NCBI GenBank assembly: GCA_002245135.1
Contig: NGBS01000297.1
Location: forward strand, 62,001-126,000
Direction: 5' to 3'
Length of the DNA stretch: 64,000 bases
DNA from: Proteromonas lacertae
Lineage: Eukaryota
The translations under genes were made by a program, and so were the position numbers. Positions 48,301-60,079 of this stretch are shown here, piece by piece. Position 1 is the stretch's first letter. Every line of letters starts with the position of its first letter. The notes under the pieces are model-generated. The model was not told the origin of the DNA. It saw only the letters and a list, made by a program, of their open reading frames with translations, and did not search any database.

Positions 48301-51300
48301 TCCTTGGAGTACAATGGAGGATAAAGCTACTGATCATAATTATTATATATGTGATTGGTCTAATAATACTGAAGGTATTGATCATGAAAAACGTAAAGTT
48401 GATTCTTTATTCGTCGCTTTATTAGTAGATATAAGTGGTGTATTTAGACCTGTTTCTGTTACATCAATTGATAATGTTGTTAGTGAAATATTTTATACCA
48501 ATAAAGTGGATAAAGGTGTTATAGGTTATAAAGTGGTATATAAGATCTATGATTCAAAAAGTAATGCTGATGGAGGTTTAGAAGCTGCAAAATTAGCTGT
48601 TCAAGATGATCCAGATTTAGTTATAGGATGTTATACAAATGCATGCAGAAATATTATTCAACCATATTTTGCTAGTCTATCTCCAGCTAAAGTGTTATGG
48701 TTCCCAGCTCCATTTGAAGCTCAACAATGTAAAGAGAATGTATTTTACACTGGTATGATATCCAACCAATTTATGGAAGTAATAGCTAATTATTTAACTA
48801 GATCAAGCACTAAAGCTAAAAGTTTAGCATTAATTCGGACATGCAGGTAGTTGGAGTCAACTAGTATTTACAATAGCCAAAAGTAAAGTTGATAAGACTG
48901 TTTATAATATATCAGAATATGAAATTACTGATGTGTTAAATATGCCAAACAAAGTAGCAGAAATGATTAGTAATATGCCATTTGGTGGTTCTATTATTAC
49001 AACTTATGATAGTGATGCATTGATGTCTTTATTGAGTAATTTAGATATTAATATATTTGAAAAAGATAAGTTTGAAGTATTTACCATGTTAGTAGATAGA
49101 GATTTAATTGAAACAGAGATAGTAAGTGAGAAATTTGATACTTTAGTAGTTTCTACACATTTTGATGAGTTTTCAGGAAAAAGTAGCAGAATTTATAATG
49201 TTACATATACTTATACTGGAAGAGAGTTTAACACTGCATTTGGTGAATCATCTGCATTAGCCTACAGGTTTTGGATTGAAGGTTTAAAGAAAGCAGGAAG
49301 AAAGCTAAGAGATCTTGATTTAAATCCATATTTATATAATGTAAGAACTACCTCATGTTCAGGTGATGCAATATTAAAGAATAATCACTATACATCATTA
49401 CATTTAGCAATAGGAAAATGGAATTCCGATCATACAGTAACAATGAAATATTCACAAACACAATCAATAGATCCAATGGCTTGGAATTGGGATTTACCTG
49501 AATCAAACCAGTTAGTTTGTGATTATGAAAATTATGAGAATAAGACTGAAGCTGAAAAACATTTAGTAAATGCTTTGAATGTATTATTAGCTATTTCACA
49601 ATCAGGAGAGAATAAAGAGAATGATGATAAATTATTGACTGTAATAAATGTAGGAATTAATCAAATAAATAATCAAAATGGTTTATTAAACAAACAATTA
49701 TATTTAACAACAGTAGATATTGGTCTAACAGAATCTCAATGTTATAATTCAATAATGAATGCATTGGAAGAAAAACAATTTGAAGTTATATTTTCAACAG
49801 CAACTTCTGCTTGTGCTGACATGTTTGTTAGTTATATCGCTGAGAATAATATTCCTTGGTTCCAGATAGGTTATGTTGGTGGTGAAAGTTGTAATGAATA
49901 TTTGTATTATTCAAGTAGAGAACCAAGCACAATAGATAGAATAATTGACACTTATGCTAGACCAGATGATCAGAAGAAAATGACATTTGTTTTAATTGGT
50001 TCAAAAGATGAATATAGTGTAAATGCAATAGAATATACTACTAAATATTTGGATTATAAGAAATTTATTGTTGATTCTTCAACTACAGTTGATAATACAT
50101 TTACTGATTTTGAAAGTACAGCTGAAAATATAAAGAATAGAAATCCAAATGGTTGTACAATATTATTCTTTGGCAGTGTAACAAATCATATTAATTTAGA
50201 TAAAGCATTAAAAGCTCAAAATATGGATATTGAAACTTACCCAATTATGTCCTACTCAACAGGTGAGAATATGTTAGGCAAAGGAGTTAGACAATTCTTT
50301 TCTGCACAATCGTATTTCAGTTCAATTGATAGTGAAGAAAATAGAGTATTTAAACAAGCAATAGTTGGATTTTCAGTATCAGAATTTACTGAATTAATGA
50401 GTAATACATATTCTGTCTTTCACATGTGGGCAGAAGCTGTAGATGAAACTCAATCATCCAAATCTGATGTAATAATGAATAAATTACACAATATGCAATA
50501 TAATTCACCAGAAGGTATTATAAAAATGAATACTAATCATTATTTAAGTCATTTTCTGTTAATTGGTAGAAAGAATCAAGATGATGCTGGTTTTACTGTT
50601 GTTTATAAATCAAAGAATGCATTAACTCCACAACCATGGAAGAAGTTTGTAAATGATGGAATATATAAATGTGATTTTAGTGATGAAAGTATTGGTTCAA
50701 AGCAGAAAGATATGACTACAACAATTGGTATATTAAACTCATACACTGGTATATATTCAGCTACTGAAAGAGCAATGACAGATGGAATAATTGAAGCAGT
50801 GAATGAGTTAAATGAAAATGGAGGTGTGTTAGAACGAAAAATTCAAATTGAAGTAAGAGATCCACAGTCAGTAAGAGAGAAATATGTTCAAATGGCTAAT
50901 GAATTAGGAAGATTAGATGAAGTAAAAGCAGTTTTTGGTGTTGGTAGGTATGAAATACAAAATGAAGTTGCTCCAGTGTTTGACAAATATACAACACCAT
51001 TCTTTTATCCAGGTAATACTGCTGGTGAATTTTGTAGTAAATATACATTCAGTTTTCAATCAACCACAAGTCAACTTACTAATGCTCTTGAGAAATATGT
51101 TTTAGAGAATTACAAGAATTATATATTAATCCAAAATCCTAAGAATTCATATTCTACACTTGGTACAGAATCTATCAAGTATGCAATTGAATATATTCAT
51201 TTAACAATTAATGGAATATACAACTCGACAGAATTGGATAAACTAGACGAAATTACAGATGATGAATTTAGTAAGAGTCTGACAATTATATCAACAGGAG

Positions 51301-54276
51301 TTGATAGTTTCGAAACTGTAATGAATTATTTCTGTAATAGAAAACTTACAGCAAGTAAAATACCAATGTTAGTAACATCATTAGATGGAAGAGTATTGCG
51401 AAGGATTGATGATAAATGTGTAAAAGGATTATACTTCTTAACTACATTTGTTCAAGATATGGGAATATCAACATCTGATAGAAATACTTACATTGAAACA
51501 GCTTCTACCTTTGTAGATAGATTGCATAATTCATTTGGCAGTGATGCGGTTTTAACAGCAGCAATGGAAGCTGGTTATACAGCAGTGAAACTATGGTCAG
51601 ATGTTGTAGAGAATACTTATACATTTGATCAAACTCAAATTCGATTGAGATTATATGGTTATTCCTATTCAAGTCCAACTGGTAATATAGAAGTTAATAC
51701 AAATGGTTATACAAATAGAGTCATTTATTATGGTCAAGTTGGTGATCAATATACTTCCAGTATAATCGATTATAGTTCAAAAGGTGAAGAAGGTCTTGCT
51801 TATGATCAATATTTACCTGGTAATGAAGGAAAGACATGTGATTTTACATCAAATGATGAAGATGGAATAGTTCATAATGAATATATTGAATTAGTGTTTT
51901 TGCATGATAAAGATAATTATGATAAAGAAATTCCAATAATGTTGACAGAAATATATGCAGTAAAAGAAATCAATTACAACCAAATCAATGGATTTTCTGT
52001 GAAAGCATTGTTTGTATTTGGTTCAGATGCTAATGATTTTGATAATCAATTATTGAAATACCAAAATGATAGTAATGTGATGGGCTTTATAGGATGTCAT
52101 AGTGTTGTATGTAGAGAATCAGCATTAAAAGCAGCTCAAAATAGCAATAAAATATTTATGAATTTAGGAGTAAGTGAAGGTAATTATTGTTCAAAGAATA
52201 TAGTGAATATTGGAAGAACAGCTTATCAAAGTGTCAGAATTGGAATTGACTATTGTATTACACAGTCGTTGAATTTGTTCTATTTCTTAGGAGATGATTC
52301 AGATAAATTATCTCATGCTTATTTCGAATATGCATCAAATTATATAAAAGAATTGTTCGATATAAATTTGAAATCTAATTTTATTCAAGATAGAACAATA
52401 ACAAGTGATACAGTGAAAGGAGTATATGAAAGAATTGATAAAGCGAGAGATGAAGGTTCAATTGTATTATTATATTCATTAACAGGAGAAAGAAGTATCA
52501 CATTTTTGAATTTTGTACAATCACTTTCATTAATATCAAGATATATTGATATATTATTTATAACCTATGATCATTATGAATATAGAAAATTCGATTTATC
52601 TCCATTTGAAGGTTCTTTAATATCTTTAAGTTTCAGTAGTTCTTTAACATCCGATGTTGCTCAATCATTTATTAGTGATGTAAATGAAAATCTTGGTACT
52701 AATCGATATGTATCTGAACCAATAGAAAGTGTGAAAATCGCAATGGATTTGTGGAAAGAAGCAATGACAAAAGGATATACAGATTCTGGAAATAGGAAGC
52801 CAGCAATTGATTATATGTTAATAAATATGATAAATATAGATAGTTCAGCTCCATCTGGTTCATTTACATTAGAATCTAGTAATTATGCGTTAAGAAGTGT
52901 TTATATATTTGAAATAGCTGAAGATGGTAGTAGAAATCAAGTTCATCCTTATAAAGGTGGTGCAACAATTGATTTACCTCCTCATCCTTTCTATGGTGAA
53001 GATGTACCTGGTAGCTGTAAATTTGGTAAACAAGATATATTCTATGAATATGATACTGCTATTTATGCAATTTATTATGTATTATTTGCATTAGCAATGA
53101 TATGTTCATTATTCTCATTGGTATTTACAATAAAGAATCGTAATAAGAAAGTAATTAGATGTTTTGGAAGAGCTTATAGTTTTGTATTATCAATATGTTT
53201 AATTTTAATTACTTTATCAGCTGTTCCTATTAGTTTATATCCTTCTGATGAGAATATAGTTTGTATGACAAGACCAGCATTTTTAGGTGCATTTTATAAG
53301 ATTACAATGGGAGTATTACTAGCAAAATCAACGAAAATATTCTCCAAAGCAAGAAGAAGGACTAATATTATCGTTTCAAAAGTATATTTATTTTTTATCA
53401 ATTATATATATATATATATATATATATAGACTCGTATATCAATAAGAAGAATATTAGGATTTGTTGTTCCATTAATATTAGTAGAACTTATAGAGATAAT
53501 CTTGTGGGGTATATTAGATCCAAATGAGTATATGGCAGTTTCAAGTCAAAAATACAGCACTTATTTTACTAATAGTTATATTCGAGAATGTACCATTTCT
53601 ACACCATTTACGTATTAATAATAATAATTATCATTATGTTATATAAAATAGAATAATTGAGATTGGTATTGATGGAATAATTGCATTGATATATTTATAC
53701 ATAAGTTATGCAAGTAGAAATGTTTCAAATGAATTCAATGATTCTTTGGGATTGTTTTTAACTGGTATTATAGTTAATATCCTTTTTTAATTGATATATA
53801 TAATCTATATATTTATATTTCTTTAATTCAATGTTTTTACCTATTCTTGGAGCTGTTTTAGTTGCTTTAGATTTTAATATAAACAATGAACCAGATAGTG
53901 TTTTGTTATTCAGAGGAATTGGTATTCAAATACATGTTATTATTATTGCTTTATTGCAATTTGGATATATCCTTTTTATTTATTATCATATTATTATTGA
54001 TATAGTCAACTTAATTTACTGTTTTTACTGAAATTAGTGAATTTGTACTTAAATGATGATGCAGCTCATATAACATCATCGGGAAGTGCAGCAAATGCAT
54101 CAAGAGGTATTCCATTAAGTGGAAACACATCGTCTCATGGATATTCTCAATCATTGCTAAAATCAAGTACTTTAACTATGACCCACACAAGAGCATTCAA
54201 CACACATGGAATATTCACAAACACAACACAAACACAACAGAATGTGAAAACTCAAACTCAACAAAATCCTCATTAA
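42373..54276 (+). CDS. Giant (~3,800 aa) class C GPCR-like receptor: signal peptide, nine tandem UrtA/AmiC-type periplasmic-binding domains, 7TM domain, Ser/Thr-rich tail
   Basis: Signal MKYIIFLLILIFYKSTDC. ~390-aa repeats include IGILNSYTG...EAVNELNENGGVLERKI, VIGCYTNACR and LLFYPPDYQGRECIRNVIYTG. The 7TM at ~53055-54050 has KNRNKKVIR, CMTRP, LLAKSTKIF, LWGILDP and SRNVSNEFNDS. Ten introns; several apparent +1 errors. Confidence 0.85.
53777..53840 (+). other. U12-type AT-AC intron (64 nt)
   Basis: Starts ATATCCTTTT, has branch-like TTCTTTAAT and ends TTTTTAC. Removal restores the frame: GIIV-T-ILGAVLV. Confidence 0.85.
53967..54028 (+). other. U12-type AT-AC intron (62 nt)
   Basis: Starts ATATCCTTTT, has branch-like AACTTAAT and ends TTTTTAC. 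Removal gives QFG-L-KLVNLY, in frame with ORF 54037-54276. Confidence 0.85.
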
Positions 54277-54400
54277 TTTTTAGATATTGCAAAGTAATGT
54301 TTATTATTATTATAAATACTTTAATATATTTTTGTGATATTATATTGAAGAAAATTAACAAACAAATTTTGATAAATTTATTTAATTTATAATAACATTC

Positions 54401-55565
54401 TTATATAGCAATAGATAATTGATTTTCACATGCAGCTCCATAATATCCAGAAAAACACTCACATAAACCATCGTTAGTATTACATAAACCTCTTCCACTA
54501 CATAATAATTGAGTTGGTAATTTATCAGTCACATTTAGTTTTATCTGGTTGTACAGTTGGAGTTGGATCTTTTTTCTCATCATAGTTATTAGGTATAACT
54601 GTAAATTCACTAGCACAATATTTAGTAACATCAGCATATTTAGCATCAATTGTTATTGATAATAAACCAGATTCCACAATTTAACTGAAACAGTTCGATT
54701 GTGATAATGGATTTATTAATCGAATTGATCTTCTTATTTCTTCAGCATATTCAGATGCAAAGGCAGTATCAAGCTTATCATTATCATTTTAGCAATATTT
54801 ACTTAAATCTCTTGCTTTAACATCAGTTGATTCATAGCTTATACCATCATATTTATATTGGAAATAATAATCTACATCTTTATAATCACTGTTTTGTATC
54901 AAGTGTAAATGTAAATTCATATCTAAATTCCTTTGATTCTTGTCCACTAACTGGATCAACTCCCATTATACACTGTCTCAAATTACAATCAACACCTTCC
55001 CATCCTTTATCACATACACATGTTCGATATTTCATCGTATCCCATGTATAATATGTATTTTTTTCACTTTCAGCTAAAATGGCAGATCCAGATAAACAAC
55101 TACCATGTCCACTACATGTTCTACCTTCTACTGCACTTGGACAACTACGACGTTGACATGAACTACCTTCAAAACCAGGGAAACATGTACAAGTGCCTGT
55201 TGCTCTATCACATAATCCAGCATTTGAACATTCAGCATAACGATGTGCTCTGGATGAGGTTACATAGAAATTTAAATTCTCAGCTATTCCTGAATTTGGT
55301 CTCCATTCTGTTTTTACAGCATTATCTGTGATTTTACCATCATGATCAAGATCACCGAGAGGAATATCGATAAATGCTTCTCCATATGGACAAATTCCTA
55401 ATATTGTTAAATAAAAAATATACTTTCAGAACAATCACTTGCTCCCCAGCCAATAAAACATTCACACTTATCATTCTGTCCACATATACCATGACCACCA
55501 CACATGTTTTGGCAGCAATACGAATATGCTATAAAAAGAAGGAATAACTCTAATTTTAACTTCAT
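54401..55565 (-). CDS. Secreted EGF-like protein of the tubular-mastigoneme (Sig1/Ocm1-like) family; C-terminal half disrupted (errors or pseudogene)
   Basis: Signal peptide; [51 protein letters not shown] and terminal LCSGRGLC...[12 protein letters not shown]. One intron; several indels and a TAA at 54789-54791. Confidence 0.75.
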
Positions 55566-55663
55566 AAACGTAAATAAAATATGAAAAAAAGCTATTCGTT
55601 TTGCTTTTATTTTAAAAAAAGTGATCGTTTCAGAGTAGTTTTTTTAATTTTTTGAAATTTTAT

Positions 55664-57368
55664 ATGGAAGGCAAAGAAGAAAAGAAGGAAGATCCTAAAA
55701 AACAGATGGATGAGTTCCGGATGAAACTATTTGCAGAAAGAGCTAAAGCTAAACCCAAAAGAAAAGTAAATCCAGAAGCTAGAGCAATTGGAGAGAATAT
55801 TATAAAGATGGTATATATTAATATGTTTATTTGAATAGTTGAGTGATTCTTCAAATGGTAGTGAGAGTAAATTAGCTGATGAGCAAGAAGTACAAGAAGA
55901 AGAATCTATTCACAACATTCAAAAGGAAATGTATGATTCAATAAATCCAAGCAAACAAACAAAAAGCCTTCCGTCACTTTCGCAATACGAACCACACGAA
56001 AGCATGACAGTTTCTGATTCTTCTCAACCTGATTTTACTACATCAAATCCACCACTATTAGATGTGCCAGAAGATGGATCATTACCAGTAGGAAATGCAG
56101 AAGATCTTACAGTTTGTCAGCCGTTCAATAAGGTATGGACTGAAAATATAGAATTTGACACAAACGAACCTTTAACAGATGAGCAAACATATCAACCAGA
56201 ATTTGAGCCAGATTTAAATCCATATGAAGACTTAGAACCATTAAAAGAGACAATGAGAGAATATGAAGGAGGAGATTTAGGATTAGATGCTACACATCCA
56301 CTAGAAGATATATTAGCGAAGCATAACAAAGAAATTAATAAAATCAGTGAAATAAAAGGAAAAAAGAAGGAAGAAAAGAAAAAAAAGAATGAAAATGAAA
56401 ATGAAAATGAAAATGATAAAGAAGAAAAAATAGTAAATACTAAATTGAAAGATGTTGAAATCGATGATGGTAGTATTAATAAGAAGCTAACAAATAGTTT
56501 ATTCAGTCCATCTATGAAGAGGAATATTACACCAGAGAAAGCCAGAAAGAAAGAAAAAGAATTTCTAGAAGCACAAAAAGAACGATTAGATAAAAGGTTA
56601 ATAATGAAAGAAATAAAAGCTAAAAAGATAGAAGAAAATCAAATAAAGCAACAACAAAACCAGCCACCACCACTACCACAACCAACTTCAGCTACAAAAT
56701 CAAAACAGAAAACTCCAAGTAGAATGAATGAAAGTAAAATATCTGAAACTAAAACTCCTGATACTGTTAATAATAATAAAGTTCCACATAAAGTGACTCA
56801 ATCTAAAGAAAGAACTCCATCAGCTAAAGGTAAAGATACACCTAAAGCAGTGATTGTAGCGAGAAGAAAACTGTCATTAAATAGTTATAATAGTAAAGAT
56901 AAAGATAAAAATAATGGAAGTGAAAATAACAACAACAATAACAGTGGAGATGTGAAAGGATATTTGTATAAGAAACAGATTGAAAAGGCAGTAGTTCCAG
57001 CTTATAAAGCACCTCCTAAACCTTCCAATAAGAAGATTATAAAGATAGCTATCAATGATATTTGTCTTCCTGTTAATTTGCATAAGAAAGAGAATGCTAA
57101 AGTGATGAATGAAATGACAACTTCAACATGTAATAGATATTGTATAGTTTTGAAGGATAATATCATCTATAAGTCACTTTATGGAATGAATGACACAAAT
57201 GACAAAGGATTGAAGTTGCATGGTATTGGACCAAATGTACTTGAAGCAAATATGGTTAAGGATTATTTGAAATATAACAGTGTGAAAAAGGAATTTAATA
57301 AAGTTGAGGTGAGTAATTTTACTTCAACTGTTGATGCTGTTATACTATTTCCATCCTATTATAGTTAA
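55664..57368 (+). CDS. CKK-domain (CAMSAP/Patronin-type) microtubule-binding protein
   Basis: C-terminal PSNKKIIKIAINDICL...YKSLY...LHGIGP...YLKYNSVKKEF...TVDAVIL matches the CKK domain; intron ~55812-55838. Confidence 0.85.
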
Positions 57369-57505
57369 TATATTTACGATTTATGCAATATGTTAAGTAT
57401 TTAAGGAGAAAAAAGAAAAATAATAATATAGGCTTGATTCTCATCAAGCAATTTATCAACTTTTTTTATTTTTTCTCTTGTTACGTTGATTGTTAATTTT
57501 CTAAA

Positions 57506-59943
57506 ATGGGTCTTACAGAAAGTAGTGATGGTATAAATGTATTTTTGATATTGTTATAGAAGAATCAGTCGATTTGGATGATAAAGCTTGGTTAAGTGAT
57601 GAAAACCCAAATAAAGATAATAAACTAGGTGGTGATGATTATGATGATTTAAGACTTGAAGAAAGTGGATCTGATTTTAGTTATACAGCTGATACAACGT
57701 CAATTGTTTCACGGCAAGACATAACTCTGATAAAACATCATCATTCTAATTCCAATTCACAATCAAATTCTTTCAATAATTCAGAAGTATCTTCAGATTC
57801 AATAGAAACAAATCAGCCCAATCCCAATGTCTTACATTCTATAATCACAGCAAACCCTTTAATACAAGCAAATACAACCAATACAAACATGTATTTACTT
57901 CAAAATCCCAATCTCTCTGAAAATCAAATAAAAATATCAAAACAACTCATAAACACAAACGAAATAGAAAGTGAAAGTGAATATATACCAATAACTGAAG
58001 AGGAAATATCATTTGCAAGGAATTGTTATATTCCAACAACTGAACCAAATAGAGAATATTCCAATCATTTCATCGAGTATAATTATCATTTTATTAATAT
58101 TATTTTAAATAGACGAAAACCACTCACTACATTCTATGATGAATACGAAGTATATGAAATAATAGGAAATGGTTCATTTGCTACAGTATATAGAGGAATG
58201 CAATTAGAATCAAGATGTGAAGTGGCAATCAAAATCATCAAGAAAAATACAGATTTAATCTACGAAATGTTGAATAGAGAAGTGAATATAACAATGAATT
58301 TAAATCATAAGAATATAGTGAGATGTATTGGATTCTATGAAGAAGCAAATGAGTATTTTATAATCAATGAATTAATGAGTGGTGGAGAATTAATAAACAG
58401 AATTGGAACACCTGCATTAATGAATGAAACAAATATAAAAAGTATAGTAATAAACATATTAAAAGCATTATATTATATACATAAACGAGGAATAATCCAT
58501 AGAGATTTAAAACCTGAGAATATTATGTTTAAAAATACATGGGATTTATATGATTTGAAATTAACTGATTTTGGATTTGGCAAAATATTAAATGGTGAAA
58601 AAAGTTGTACAGTTTGTGGAACTTTGGATTATATTGCTCCAGAAGTATTGGAACATAAATATTATGATAATTCAATTGATATGTGGAGTTTAGGAGTAAT
58701 TGTTTATTATTTATTAACTACAAAATTACCTTTTAAAACACCAGTAGAATCGAGTGAAATATATAATATAAAGAATGGAATTTATAGTTTAAAATCGAGT
58801 GATTGGAATCCAATATCAGAATATGGAAAAGATTTTGTAAGACATTTGCTACAAGTTAATCCAATGAATAGATTAACAGTTGAAAGGGCATTATTACATC
58901 CATTTTTAAGGAGTTGTGAGTATTATATTGAATTAACAAAAGATGTAGAAATGAAGAGAATGAATGAAATAAGATATGAATGGAAAAATAGACTTGAAAA
59001 TGAATTTGATAATATCAATTATAAGATCAATAATGTTGATAATTTGTATGAAATAAATGATAAAATTGATGATGGATTATTTGGTTCAACATTTGAAGCA
59101 TTTCAGAAAGTAACAAGAATAAAAGTAATAGTGAAAAAGATAGAAATAAAACGAATAAATAATTTAAATGGATTATTGAATAATCTGAGATTGTTATTGA
59201 GTATTTATAACGATGGAATATGTAAATATTATCATATTGAAGATGTTGGGAAATATATAAATATAATAAGTGAAAGAATAGATGGAATTCCATTATTAAT
59301 ATTTCTACAGACATTAGAATCATTTAGTCAAGTTGATTTAATAAATATAATCTATGAATTACTATTATCTCTAAGATATTTGCATTATTTACATATTAAT
59401 CATGGAAATATCAAACCTGAGAATATTTATATATGTTATGAAGATGATAGATATAAAGTGAAGTTAAGTGATACTGGATTATATAGACATTATATAAAAG
59501 ATTTTAGTAAATACTCATTATTCTTAGATTTCTATTCTCCTGAAGTTTTGCTTAATAATTACAATGATGAAGAGAATAATGGAAGTATTGATATATGGAG
59601 TGTGGGAATATTGATGTATTTGATGTTCAGTGGTCATTTACCATTTCATAATATAAGCTGTGAAACGATAAACAGTCAGATTTATGGGAAATATTCATTT
59701 AAGCAGTTTGTGATTTGGAATAGTATTAGTTATAACACAAAGACATTGATAATGAAAATGTTGAGTGTAAATAGCAATGAAAGGATTACTGTGGATGAAT
59801 GTTTGAAACATCCTTTCTTTACTAAGTGTAATGATGAAGAGTTGATAAATATGCATCAAAAATCTATAATCAATGGTTATATACACTATACGAAGACATA
59901 TAATGAAAATCTGAGAAAATATAATTTGAAACTGAGTAAATAA
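57506..59943 (+). CDS. CAMK-group kinase with a tandem degenerate (pseudo)kinase domain; N-terminal MGLTES
   Basis: Domain 1: GNGSFA, VAIK, HRDLKPEN, DFG, GTLDYIAPE. Domain 2: DDGLFG, VIVK, HGNIKPEN, DTG. One intron after the first short exon. Confidence 0.88.
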
Positions 59944-59958
59944 AATTGATATTCTGTG

Positions 59959-59966
59959 TGTTTGTT
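59959..59966 (+). terminator. TGTTTGTT candidate 3'-end processing motif
   Basis: 15 nt after the kinase stop. The same sense-strand motif follows the stops at 2019 (2083-2090), 32855 (32801-32808, minus) and 54401 (54357-54364, minus). Confidence 0.5.
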
Positions 59967-60047
59967 TATAATGATGAGTGTAATAAAATATACATAATAA
60001 TAAAAAAGGAAAGGTTGTATATTTTGAGATATCTACAGTCAACTGAC

Positions 60048-60059
60048 AATTCAAACCTT
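60048..60059 (+). promoter_or_regulatory. Candidate core-promoter/5' element AATTCAAACCTT
   Basis: Exact 12-mer 20 nt upstream of ATG 60080. Confidence 0.45.
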
Positions 60060-60079
60060 AGTTTTTAATCTTTTTTTTA

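Noticed and set aside
42373..53055. Bacterial contamination or chimeric assembly as the source of the periplasmic-binding domains
   Set aside because: Repeats 2-4 contain host-type spliceosomal introns, base composition matches the neighbours, and the later repeats run in one frame into the eukaryotic 7TM.
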